From Promethearchaeota archaeon (lineage in GTDB: Archaea > Asgardarchaeota > Lokiarchaeia > Sigyniarchaeales > SOKP01): a DNA stretch of 64,000 nucleotides. The stretch covers positions 1 through 64,000 of the forward strand of contig JAEOSU010000032.1 of the NCBI GenBank assembly GCA_016840165.1. The letters are read 5' to 3'. Position numbers and translations under genes: made by a program. Shown here one piece after another: positions 31,887 through 41,746 of the stretch (positions within the stretch are counted from its first letter, which is position 1; each line of letters starts with the position of its first letter). The notes beneath the pieces are model-generated. The model did not search any database. It was not told where the DNA came from and saw only the letters and a list, made by a program, of their open reading frames with translations.

Positions 31887-33860
31887 TTATTCTGCACTTG
31901 ATTTTAGTAACCTTAGTTCTTGGGAAACAATTTTAGTTAATTTCTCATCTGGGTTAGAAGTTCTTAAGATTTCATACGCTTCTTTTAGGTTTCCTAAAGC
32001 CATTTCAATGTTTCCCATTTTTTGATTCACTTTTGCGATATTTCGGAGAGATGTACCAATATTGAGTGGATCACCATATATTTTGTCAAGCTCATAAACC
32101 TCTTTGAAAATGCTTAAAGCCTTTTCAAATTCGCCTTTATCATAATAAACAGACGCACAATTACTTTTAACCGAAGCAATTCCTCTTAATTGGCCCAATT
32201 GTTGATATATATCCTTTGCTTTTTCATAATATTCTAGTGCCTTTTCTAGATTATTTTTAGAAATGTTATAGGTTAATCCCATGATATTAAATAAATCTGC
32301 CATTCCTGAAAAATCACCTACTTCCCTGAATAGAGCATAACTTTTCTCCAGACATCCGAATCCTTTCTCATAATCCCCTTTCTCTTGATAAAGTTGCCCA
32401 AGATCTTTCCAAGTATATGCGACTCCATAGTTATAGTTTACATATTCATACATAGAAATTGCCTTTTTATAACTAATTATTGCTTCATTGTATTTCTTTA
32501 AAGTTTCTTGTATAAATCCAATATTGTGTAGACAATCTCCCATACCACGATCATTTCCGATTCTCTGAAAGAGATAATAAGCAGAACGAATAAAAAGATC
32601 TGCCATCTTATAATTACGTACAGTCATATACAGCATAGCTATATTCGTTTTAATTTCAGCGATCATTTGAATGTCTTCTTTTGATGCTAATGTGACTGAA
32701 CTGTATTTTTGATCAAATAGCTTATTTCCGTGCATAAGATACTTAAATGAAGTATCATAGTCAAGAGATACTCGAAATAGCTTTCCTGCCAAATAATAGG
32801 ATTTTAATTCAGATACTTTTGGAAAATTAGATTCTAGCCAATCTTGGAATATTTTATTGGTTTGATTTCTTGATGGATCCAAATTTGATATAAATTGGGG
32901 AATTTTTAAAATCGCTCTCATTTTAGCAGTAATTTCACTAGTATTACCTTTCACTTTATAACAGTCTGTTCCATAATGCATTACTCGATAATGCATAAAA
33001 TCTTCAGCTCCCGAAAGTTGAGATAATTTGGGAAAATCTTGGTATTTATTCGATAATGAAAGTGAGTATTTCTCGATAGATACTGTGGAATTATTTGTAT
33101 GTTCAATCCAAATAATCTGATTAATATCTTCGATCCGTGCTAACTCTGGGAGTACATCTAAACCGTCTCCTCCTCCATAACCTAGAAATACTAAAGTTTT
33201 ACCTGAGCATATTCTTTCTAGTATAGAATGGATATATAACGGCAATACAAAAAGATCTTCTTGCTGTTTCATGCTCTTCCCGATAGCATCCATCGTAGTA
33301 ATGATACTATTCTTCGTATTTTCGCCCGTAATTAAATTCTTATTAGATCCATGGAGTTTAAATAACACTCTTAAATCCCTATCTAGTATATTCTTATAAT
33401 CATTTTCAGTAATTGCTACTTTGAGATCTTTTATCTGAAAAGTGGGCGTTCCTTGGGACTGAAGGGAAAATATCGCATGTTCTATCAATTGATCAAAATT
33501 TGTTGTCATTACATAGTGTTGGTTATAAATTATTTGCGCAAGAAAGAAATGAATCGAATTTGGATTAGTAGGCAAACCAAAAAAGTCGATTAATTTGAGT
33601 TCATGGTCAATTTCATCTCTAAATACTTGGATGAGTGATTCATATTTAATCTCCAAAGAATCTTCATCTAAAACCTCTTTAGGACATATATAATTAACCA
33701 ATGTATTAATCAGCATACGAGCAGAGGGTAAATTAGAAGGTGAATCAATAGAAATGCCTGCCCCAGCTAAAAAAGCATATTTTCCATCTATATGAAATAT
33801 ATCCTCTAAATTTCCATCAAATTTATTGAAATTGGATGTCCTATTCATATGAAATATCAT
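31887..33860 (-). CDS. SIR2-like domain plus tetratricopeptide-repeat protein
   Basis: FLAGAGIS...LP, MTTNFDQLIE, KLHGS, FLGYGG.D; about 7 TPR-like repeats in the C-terminal half. Confidence 0.85.
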   Translation of the reverse strand: MIFHMNRTSNFNKFDGNLEDIFHIDGKYAFLAGAGISIDSPSNLPSARMLINTLVNYICPKEVLDEDSLEIKYESLIQVFRDEIDHELKLIDFFGLPTNPNSIHFFLAQIIYNQHYVMTTNFDQLIEHAIFSLQSQGTPTFQIKDLKVAITENDYKNILDRDLRVLFKLHGSNKNLITGENTKNSIITTMDAIGKSMKQQEDLFVLPLYIHSILERICSGKTLVFLGYGGGDGLDVLPELARIEDINQIIWIEHTNNSTVSIEKYSLSLSNKYQDFPKLSQLSGAEDFMHYRVMHYGTDCYKVKGNTSEITAKMRAILKIPQFISNLDPSRNQTNKIFQDWLESNFPKVSELKSYYLAGKLFRVSLDYDTSFKYLMHGNKLFDQKYSSVTLASKEDIQMIAEIKTNIAMLYMTVRNYKMADLFIRSAYYLFQRIGNDRGMGDCLHNIGFIQETLKKYNEAIISYKKAISMYEYVNYNYGVAYTWKDLGQLYQEKGDYEKGFGCLEKSYALFREVGDFSGMADLFNIMGLTYNISKNNLEKALEYYEKAKDIYQQLGQLRGIASVKSNCASVYYDKGEFEKALSIFKEVYELDKIYGDPLNIGTSLRNIAKVNQKMGNIEMALGNLKEAYEILRTSNPDEKLTKIVSQELRLLKSSAE

Positions 33861-33914
33861 CTAAGATTAAATGATAAAAAATTAGTAAAAAATAATATTA
33901 ATAACTAAAAAAAA

Positions 33915-34688
33915 TTAAGCTTCTTCTTCTTCTTCTAATTCTTTGCCCATTAATCGCATTACGGCATCAGCAAGCTTATTCTGGCTTCGACTCATTATTC
34001 CTTTAATTTTACCCTCTACTCCAGTTACTCTTAGCATGATACCGTTCCATACTGAGCCAGGTTCCCCTTTAACATTTTTAAATCTATCGCGATGAACTTC
34101 TACTTCAATATTATCATACTTTTTAGCGGCCTCAGAGCATTTAAAGCATAATATACATTTATCTTTATCCACAACGATCTCTTTTCCGTCTCGAGACATC
34201 GCATCTACTGAACATTCATCCACAAACTGATCGATAATCTTTGTATCCTTTTCATTGCAAGTTATTTTTATCGACCCTTCTACGACTTTTCGTACTTTGC
34301 GACCATCTTCCAAGGTTCTTACTTCTTCCTCAAATTCGGGAAGAGAACCATTTTCAACCAGTAATATTTTACTTTCTCCATTGATTAGCAACTCTAAGGT
34401 ATGTCCTGGGCATATCCAACTACAGCTGCCACACCATATGCACTTATCAGTATCTACTACAATTTTCTTATCAGATTCGATCCTCATCTCTTCTGGAGTC
34501 CCAATAGCAGTCTTTTTGAGAGGTTCATCATAAATAGATATCGTAACGGGGCAAACTCGATGACAAAATCCACATTCAATGCATTTAGACTCATCATATT
34601 TCAATATCATTTCATGATTGAGCATTTTATATACATAATGCGTGATATTCTCATCTACTTGGACAGCTTCCTTTTTCGGTAATGACAT
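33915..34688 (-). CDS. Polyferredoxin (FwdF-like 4Fe-4S protein)
   Basis: CIECGFCHRVCP, CIWCGSCSWICP, CILCFKC motifs. Confidence 0.8.
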   Translation of the reverse strand: MSLPKKEAVQVDENITHYVYKMLNHEMILKYDESKCIECGFCHRVCPVTISIYDEPLKKTAIGTPEEMRIESDKKIVVDTDKCIWCGSCSWICPGHTLELLINGESKILLVENGSLPEFEEEVRTLEDGRKVRKVVEGSIKITCNEKDTKIIDQFVDECSVDAMSRDGKEIVVDKDKCILCFKCSEAAKKYDNIEVEVHRDRFKNVKGEPGSVWNGIMLRVTGVEGKIKGIMSRSQNKLADAVMRLMGKELEEEEEA

Positions 34689-34731
34689 AACTTTTCACTT
34701 TTAACAATATTTTTTTAAATAATAAAATAAA

Positions 34732-35871
34732 TTATGTTTTTTCTAATTCCATTTTTCTAATTGCTTTCCCTGATCTAAAAGGAATATCTTCAACGCTTTC
34801 TCCAGTGGTATAACTAAATGCTTTTTTGAATTCTTCGTTTAAAGATTGAAAGTATAGAGATAACGGTAAGTGTACAGGACAGTTATTATCACAATTTCCG
34901 CATTCAACGCAACGATCAGCGACATGAGCAATTCGGGTTAATTGATAAGTCTCTTTATTGATTGTTTTATCCTTACGCTTTTGTTGTAAAATGCAATCAA
35001 CACAATAGCAAACGGGACACCCTCTGATACACATACCACACATGGTACATGCTTGTAATCGAGCAATTTTCTCTTCTTGCGGGGTTTTATCCCATTCTTC
35101 CAAGTCTTTTGCTCTTTTTGCTAATGCCTTTTCCTTAATTTCCTTCATCTTTTCTGTGTGAGTGGTTTTCACATCTCCAGGAAGATCCTTTTTAGCTATT
35201 TTTGATGTCTCAATAAGATTAGCGCCTTTATCGGAATATGCTTTTAATATAATTTCCTCTGAATCAATTGGAATCCCAATATCACTTATACCTAGATCCG
35301 CTATCACAGGGATCTTCCGAGTACATCGTGAGCAATTCTCAGCAATGGTTAAATTCACTTCTTTTGTTTTCCCATCGTCCATTAGAAGGATTAAGCCATT
35401 ATCCCCAACTTTTTCTTTTACCACTTTTGTAGTGTCAACATCCTTGATCTTCTTTATCTCCCGGGAAACATTAATTATCATGCCTCTATCTTCGAAGGCA
35501 ATGATAAAAAGATTATCCAAATTAATTTGCTTAATTTTAGCTAATTCTATCAACGCCCGAGTGTCACAAGGACGAGCGATAAGGGCTACTTTTTCTTGCA
35601 TTGCTCCATTTACTGATTTATGTAAAAATTTTGCAGCCGAATCTGTTCTGGCATAACCATATGTGATGAGATTGGTTAATGGAAAATCTTTGATAGCATC
35701 TGGCTTCTCATATACTACAGGGGATACCGAAAATCGATCTTCTTCATTAGTTTTTTTGTTAACTTTTGTTTCTGCTCCAATGATTTTGTCAACGATTTTT
35801 TCGTTCAAGAGAGCAGTAAGTAGTTTTGGAAAATCTTCTATTTTTATCAGATACTCTGCTATTGCTTCCAA
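34732..35871 (-). CDS. FdhB/FrhB-family (F420-interacting) beta subunit with C-terminal 2x[4Fe-4S]
   Basis: ARPCDTRALIELAK..QI, CSRC, ADLGI, CTMCGMCIRGCPVCYC, CVECGNCDNNCP; TTG start. Confidence 0.85.
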   Translation of the reverse strand: MEAIAEYLIKIEDFPKLLTALLNEKIVDKIIGAETKVNKKTNEEDRFSVSPVVYEKPDAIKDFPLTNLITYGYARTDSAAKFLHKSVNGAMQEKVALIARPCDTRALIELAKIKQINLDNLFIIAFEDRGMIINVSREIKKIKDVDTTKVVKEKVGDNGLILLMDDGKTKEVNLTIAENCSRCTRKIPVIADLGISDIGIPIDSEEIILKAYSDKGANLIETSKIAKKDLPGDVKTTHTEKMKEIKEKALAKRAKDLEEWDKTPQEEKIARLQACTMCGMCIRGCPVCYCVDCILQQKRKDKTINKETYQLTRIAHVADRCVECGNCDNNCPVHLPLSLYFQSLNEEFKKAFSYTTGESVEDIPFRSGKAIRKMELEKT

Positions 35872-35985
35872 ATTTATTCAACTCAATATATTTTCCTTAA
35901 ATTTTTTTATATGAATTACTTTAAAATTCCTTTTCCAATGCAATTTATTATTAAATTACTATTTTATGTGTATTATGGGGCTTCC

Positions 35986-36033
35986 ATTACTTCAACTGAG
36001 TTCTCATTTTTTTAACTCAGTATCATAAGTTAA
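35986..36033 (-). promoter_or_regulatory. Eukaryote-like SECIS element in the 3' UTR of the hdrA-mvhD selenoprotein genes
   Basis: Minus strand reads ACUU-AUGA-U-ACUGAGUU-AAAAAAAUGAG-AACUCAGU-U-GA-AGU: AUGA/GA quartet, perfect 8-bp upper helix, apical AAA; AUGA lies about 20 nt after the mvhD stop. Confidence 0.88.
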
Positions 36034-36044
36034 CACATTTTTAT

Positions 36045-36509
36045 TTAAGCCTTAGCTTTCGCTTTGGCTTTTTCTTTTTTTTGTGTGTCGCTTTTTGGAC
36101 GGAGTGGACTTGGACCTAACTTCCGTATTTCCTCATCGAATTCCGTTGCTACTTTTTGAAACTTCGCACCTTCCGCAGAACTGCAGAATTCCATCCTCAA
36201 TCTTTTGGGATTAACTCCAATGGTTTTAGCAATTTTTTCTAGATATTCTACTTGTCGATAAGCAAAATAATTTCCGTCTTCATAATCGCATTCACCAGGG
36301 TATCAACCAACTACTAGAACGCCATCGGCTCCTCTTCCAAAAGCTCTCATTATTAAGTCCGCTCCAACTCTACCAGTACAGGGAACTAATACAGTACGTA
36401 ATGACGTCGGATACTGTGCTCGAATTGTTCCTGCCATATCTGCGCCACCATATCCTCATTTCAAACACAAAAATGCTAATATCTTTATCTTTTTTTCATT
36501 CTCTGCCAT
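36045..36509 (-). CDS. mvhD: Selenocysteine-containing MvhD/VhuD [2Fe-2S] subunit (154 aa, Sec18 and Sec69)
   Basis: Manual translation MAENEKKIKILAFLCLK-TGA-GYGGADMAG...VPCTGRV...GADGVLVVG-TGA-YPGECDYEDGN...SSAEGAKF...KLGPSP; TGA at 36458-36456 and 36305-36303 align with Cys of paralog 46564..47049; absent from the ORF track. Confidence 0.95.
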
Positions 36510-36523
36510 TTAATCACCCTTGT

Positions 36524-38500
36524 TTACTCCTCGAGTGGTAATAATTCATCAATATAAGCCATATATTGAATGTCTTTATAATGTGCTAGTTCTATTGCTT
36601 TCGAAGGACAAGTAGCCGCACATATTCCGCAACCTCTGCAGCTAATAAGATCAACTACAATTAATCCCTCTTCGTTGACTGAAATAGCACTATAAGGACA
36701 AGCTTCAATACATTTGTAGCATTTAGCGCAACGTTCGTCTATTGGTTTAGCACGGATTAATTCCATGGTATATTCCTCATGTTTCATAGGAATTCCAGCA
36801 GTCGAAGCAGCTCCTTTAGCCTGACTAACAGCAAGATCTATCGACTTCTGGCCTTGGCATGAACCTGCTAAATAGACTCCTGGAACTTTTGTATTAATAG
36901 GGTCGAGTCTGGCATGCACTTCTTTTAAGAAACCATCAGAAGTCTTTTCGATATTCATTACCGAAGCAATCTGATTGGTTCCTTGAGATGGTAGTGATGC
37001 TGAAGACAAGATTACCATATCAAATTCCATCTGCACTACGGAGTCGGTTCCTACTGGTTCAAGCTGTACTTTCAGATTCTTAGTTATTGGATCCTCTTCA
37101 ATTTTACCAATTAAACCCTTAATGAAGATAATCCCTGCATCTCTTGCTCGTCGATAGTACTCTTCATACATTTTCCCGCCACAGCGCATGTCTATATAGC
37201 TTACTACTATCTCGGAATCGGGGTATTCAGACATTATCAGTTTTGAATTTTTTACGGAAAGATTGCAACAGACGACACTACAATACTCATTTGTGTTTAA
37301 ATCTCGAGATCCTACGCAGTTGATAAATAAAACTCTTTTTGGACGAGTTCTATCAGAAGGTCTTTTCAAGTGACCGAAAGTTGGACCATTAGGAGCAAGT
37401 ATTCGTTCTAATTGGATTTGAGTGATTACATTATCATAAGTACCATATCCATAATCATCTCCTTGATAGAGGTCCCAACCAGTAGCTACGATTATTGTTC
37501 CTATTTCTAATTCTACAATTTCGTCTTGCTGACTAAAATCTATCGCATCAGTATCACATGCATCTACACAAGCAAAACATTCGACACAAGAGTTTCTCTC
37601 AATATTAGAGATTGCTGGAACCGCCTGAGCGAATGCTATATCAATACATTTTCGAGCGGACAGATTTTCATCAAAGTAATTCGGGACATAGATAGGACAC
37701 ATTTCCGTACAACTGCCACAACCGGTGCATAGTTTTTCATTGACAAACCGTGCCTTTCGATTCACTTGCACTCGAAAATTACCAATATAGCCATCGACCT
37801 TTACCACTTCGCTATAAGACATTATTTCGATATTTTCATGCCTATCAGCTTCAAGCATGCGTGGTCCGAGAATTCAAATACTACAATCATCCGTAGGGAA
37901 TGTTCGATCAAGCTGGGACATTCTCCCTCCAATAGTAGTATTTTTTTCGACTAAATACACTTTATAGCCTGCATCACCTAAATCAATCGCAGTACTTAAA
38001 CCTGCAATGCCTCCACCTATTACTAAAGCAGTTGGATTGACTGGTACTGTTTTCGTAGGTATATCTTCTAACAGTTGGGCTCTTGAAATACCTGCCTTTA
38101 TCAGTTCGATCGCTTTTTGAGTAGCTTCATCATAAACTTCTTTCGATTGGTGTACATAACTACAGTGTTCTCTAATATTTGAAAATTCTAAATATCTTTG
38201 TGGCATCCCTGCCTCTTTTAATATTCCATGGAACACTGGTTCATGCGTTAATGGTGTTCAAGCGGCTACAACTATGCGATCAAAGCCTTTCTCTTCAATT
38301 TGTTCTTTTATGTATTCCGCTCCACCGGACGTACACATGTTGAGATATTCGTATGCATATACATTTGGCAATTTATTAATCTCTTCGACGATCTTTGGAA
38401 CATCTAAAGTTCCCGCGATGTTTATCCCTCACCGACACACAAATGTGCCAACAACTGGCAATTTATCGTTTTTATCTTCCTTGGTCTGTTTTTCAGACAA
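36524..38500 (-). CDS. hdrA: Selenocysteine-containing heterodisulfide reductase subunit A (658 aa, Sec24, Sec81, Sec209)
   Basis: One continuous frame from TTG at 38500 (GGTG upstream) through TGA at 38431-38429 (FVCR-U-GINIAG), 38260-38258 (VAA-U-TP) and 37876-37874 (FPTDDCSI-U-ILGPRM); joins ORF-track fragments 37874..38236 and 36524..37858. Confidence 0.95.
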
Positions 38501-38681
38501 GTTTTACACCTTTTTAAATATATCCTCCTAATTTTTTAAGAGTGTAAGTTACAAAATCTCTATTTACTAGTGTCTAATAGATTGTATTTATGATATTGTT
38601 AATAGTTCTTATTTTTTAAGTTCAATTGTTATTAAATTTCATTGAGGATAAACATATTTTTACAAGAATGGAAATTTCCTT

Positions 38682-39863
38682 TTATTTTAAATCTAATTGT
38701 AATAATTTCTTGAGGTCATTTCGATTATTAGGTAATCTATATTCTTCCAGAAGTGTGATTAAATCTGTTGTTTCCAAACTTTCATCAATCCATAAATTAT
38801 TATTCAATACTAAGACCCTCAGTACCATCTTTTGATAGTTATTAAGTTGTTTTAATGTCCAAATATTTTGTTCTGGAAGATCGGGAAATACAATCCATAA
38901 TAATGAATAAATTACGTTTAAGGCTTGAATACCACTCAATTTCGATAATACATTTGAAAAATCAGGAACAACTTTTTCGGGGAATTGTACTGCACAGAAT
39001 TTGATAACTTCTGAAATGAATCCTAATAATTCCCCATCATTCCAAGGAAATTCAAAGGGAGATAAATTCATTTCCATTATATTAGGTATTTGCTGCAAAA
39101 TATAATCTATTGGAGTTATATCAACCTCTTCTTTTAAAATATTCACTAGAGCAATTGCTGCAGCTATCTTTACTATAATCGATTTATGTTCTGTAAGAAA
39201 GTTTTTAATTAATAGCTCATCTTTCTTATCTTCTAAATAAGAATCCAGCATAGATAATGAGATCAATGAATTTGCGAGGATTTTATCATCTTTTTCACTT
39301 TTAATTAAATTCCGAATTTTTGGTATAGAATCTGATGCAGCTTCTCTAAACCAAGCAACTCCAAAAATCGCCATTGTTTTTATGGTTGGATCTTTGTTAT
39401 CTAATAAATCGTAATAGGTCTGGACTTCCTTTAGAACAGCTTTATATGAATTGATAAAATCATCAACGTGTTTTAGCCAATCGATGTTAACATCTTCTAG
39501 ACCCTCTGTTTCAGCTTCAGCTTTTAATTCTTCCGGATTAATAGCCCAATCATCTACATTTGGACCTTTAGGCAAAAATGCTTCTGGATAACCTAATGCC
39601 AGATCAACCGTGAATTTAATAAGAATTGCTTTTTCTGGAACGTTTGGATCACGAATTAGCTCAAATATAAAAGGAATCGCATAAGATGTTGCCTCATATC
39701 GAGTTCCTTGATGAAAGATATTGCCATAAAGTTCCCATAAGGCCTCCTTCCTTTCTTCCTCGTCCATAGAGGCCAAAGATCTAATTAGGATCGGTACATC
39801 AGAGGCTTCACCATAAGCGTGCTCAAGGTTAGCCCAATCTATCTCATCTAACCCTTCAAGCAT
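38682..39863 (-). CDS. HEAT/alpha-solenoid repeat protein
   Basis: LDEIDWANLEHAYG.ASDVP, IFHQGTRYEAT N-terminus; helical repeats (IVKIAAAIAL). Confidence 0.7.
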   Translation of the reverse strand: MLEGLDEIDWANLEHAYGEASDVPILIRSLASMDEEERKEALWELYGNIFHQGTRYEATSYAIPFIFELIRDPNVPEKAILIKFTVDLALGYPEAFLPKGPNVDDWAINPEELKAEAETEGLEDVNIDWLKHVDDFINSYKAVLKEVQTYYDLLDNKDPTIKTMAIFGVAWFREAASDSIPKIRNLIKSEKDDKILANSLISLSMLDSYLEDKKDELLIKNFLTEHKSIIVKIAAAIALVNILKEEVDITPIDYILQQIPNIMEMNLSPFEFPWNDGELLGFISEVIKFCAVQFPEKVVPDFSNVLSKLSGIQALNVIYSLLWIVFPDLPEQNIWTLKQLNNYQKMVLRVLVLNNNLWIDESLETTDLITLLEEYRLPNNRNDLKKLLQLDLK

Positions 39864-39979
39864 ATTAAGGATCCCATTTCGAATATAATCTAATCAAATA
39901 AAAATTGAATATTTTAAATATTTCTTTGTATTAAAACCCAAAAGATATTATTACTAATCCCATTCAAACATATAAGAAG

Positions 39980-41155
39980 ATGCAAGAATTTGAGAAGCTA
40001 ACCATCAATAAATTAATTTTAAGTAAACAACACCTCACAAAAGACTCAAAACTTAATAATATCCTAAAAATCACTGAAGATTTATGCGGATTACATGCAA
40101 CGGGGACGGTAGAACCATACATTCAACTTTTTGTTCGAACACTAAACTTCAAGAAACAGGATTTAGACGCGGAATTATACACCAAAAAGACTCTCGGCAA
40201 AATTCGTGGTATGCGAAAAACTTTGTTTATACTCACCAAGGAGTTGATGCAAATCGTCTATCCATTTGCTCGCAATTTTACTCTAAACCGAGAAGAAAAA
40301 TATCTGGAATACCGAAATATATCACTAAAAGAATATGATGCCTTATCGAGAAAAATATTAGACCTCCTCCAAAATAGAGAACTTTCTACTCGTCAAATTA
40401 AACAGCAAATTAATTCAAAAAAAGATTTAGTCGCAATAATTTCTATTATGTGTGATCAGATGCTCTTAATCCGAGGAAAACCAGTAAGTAGTTGGAGAGA
40501 CCGGCGACTTTTGTATACTCCTTTTAAAAAATATTTCCCTAATCTAAATTTGTCTAAATATAGCGAAAATGAAGCATTAAACCTCATAATTAAGAAGTAT
40601 ATACGCTCATATGGCCCTGCAACGATTGATGATATTGTTTGGTGGTCTGGAATAACTAAGACGAAATTAAAACCCATTCTTACGAACTTGGAAACAGAAG
40701 TAACGACCATTCGCATTTCAAACCTGAACCATAAATATTTGTTCCCTTTAACCGATCTAAACTTACTTGAGAATCGTTCTGCACAAGAGAGCACGGTAAA
40801 TTTGTTGCCTTTACTCGATCCCTATATGATGGGATATAAGAATCGAGAACGTTATGTTGATATCAATAAATATGAGTATATTTTTGATCGATCTGGGAAC
40901 GCCACTCAAGTAATTCTTCAAGATGGATTTGTCATAGGGATTTGGGATGTAATTCTAAAACCAAAACCAACATGTAAATTATATTTCCTTAAGGAAATTG
41001 ATGATACTATCTTGAAGAAAGTTAATTCAAAAGCGAGAAAATTATCAAAATTCATAACCGGGAAGGAGCTTGAAATTCATATCTGTAAGTCTATGGTACC
41101 TTTAACTGAAAAAACTATGGGTGGATTTATGTCTCCTCTAAAGAACTCCAAATGA
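39980..41155 (+). CDS. HTH_42 winged-helix protein, AlkZ/YcaQ-like DNA glycosylase family
   Basis: GLHAT, RGMRKTLF, YGPATIDDIVWWSG, LLPLLDPYMMGYKNR, DGFVIGIW. Confidence 0.8.
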   Translation: MQEFEKLTINKLILSKQHLTKDSKLNNILKITEDLCGLHATGTVEPYIQLFVRTLNFKKQDLDAELYTKKTLGKIRGMRKTLFILTKELMQIVYPFARNFTLNREEKYLEYRNISLKEYDALSRKILDLLQNRELSTRQIKQQINSKKDLVAIISIMCDQMLLIRGKPVSSWRDRRLLYTPFKKYFPNLNLSKYSENEALNLIIKKYIRSYGPATIDDIVWWSGITKTKLKPILTNLETEVTTIRISNLNHKYLFPLTDLNLLENRSAQESTVNLLPLLDPYMMGYKNRERYVDINKYEYIFDRSGNATQVILQDGFVIGIWDVILKPKPTCKLYFLKEIDDTILKKVNSKARKLSKFITGKELEIHICKSMVPLTEKTMGGFMSPLKNSK

Positions 41156-41203
41156 ATTTAAAATAATTTAGATATTATATAAAAAAAGAAAAATAAAATT
41201 GAA

Positions 41204-41746
41204 TTACTTCTTTAATCCAAATTCAGTCACATCGCCAAATAGGCGTTTCACAGCTTCTATACGAGTTTCTTCTCCAATTTGTTCAACGCTCTTCAAGCTA
41301 ATTGCCTCCTTAGGACAAACAGCAATACATTGAGGCTCCTTTTTTCCAACCTCAGGATCGATGAATTCTTCCTTCATGCTTTCACATAAATCGCATACAA
41401 TCGCTTTTTGATTTTCTAAATGTAAGGTTATTACTCCAAAATCACATGCCCGAATACAAAAACCACATCCATTACACTTATCACTATCAACCATAATCGA
41501 TCCTTCCTCGTCTTTATCTAATGCTTTTTCTGGGCAAGATCTAATACAAGGAGCATCTTCACATTTTTGACAGGCAAGTGCAATGTTAAAAATGGGTTCG
41601 ATTCGTACACGATGGATTCTGGTGTTTATTGGATTAAACTCTCCGTCGTGAACGAAACTACAAACACTTTCACATGTCTCACAACCAGTACAAAGCTCTG
41701 GATCAACAATAATGAATTGATGAATCCGTTTTCGTTTAGCTGACAT
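41204..41746 (-). CDS. 4Fe-4S dicluster electron-transfer subunit associated with AOR
   Basis: CTGCETCESVC, CQKCEDAPC..SCP, CNGCGFCIRAC, CDLC...CP; directly abuts aor. Confidence 0.9.
   Translation of the reverse strand: MSAKRKRIHQFIIVDPELCTGCETCESVCSFVHDGEFNPINTRIHRVRIEPIFNIALACQKCEDAPCIRSCPEKALDKDEEGSIMVDSDKCNGCGFCIRACDFGVITLHLENQKAIVCDLCESMKEEFIDPEVGKKEPQCIAVCPKEAISLKSVEQIGEETRIEAVKRLFGDVTEFGLKK

Noticed and set aside
25243-33860. SIR2-HerA anti-phage system
   Set aside because: The genes are about 5 kb apart with unrelated genes between them, and the SIR2 protein carries its own TPR array; known SIR2-HerA pairs are adjacent
37874-38236. ORF-track 120-aa protein as an independent gene
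   Set aside because: It is the segment between the second and third Sec codons of hdrA
36045-38500. hdrA and mvhD as pseudogenes with nonsense mutations
   Set aside because: All five stops are TGA, all fall on Cys-equivalent positions, the frames are otherwise intact, and a SECIS follows
36045-38500. Genome-wide TGA reassignment (genetic code 4 or 25)
   Set aside because: Other genes end normally at TGA (3732..7463, 18186..19883, 39980..41155) and Trp is encoded by TGG
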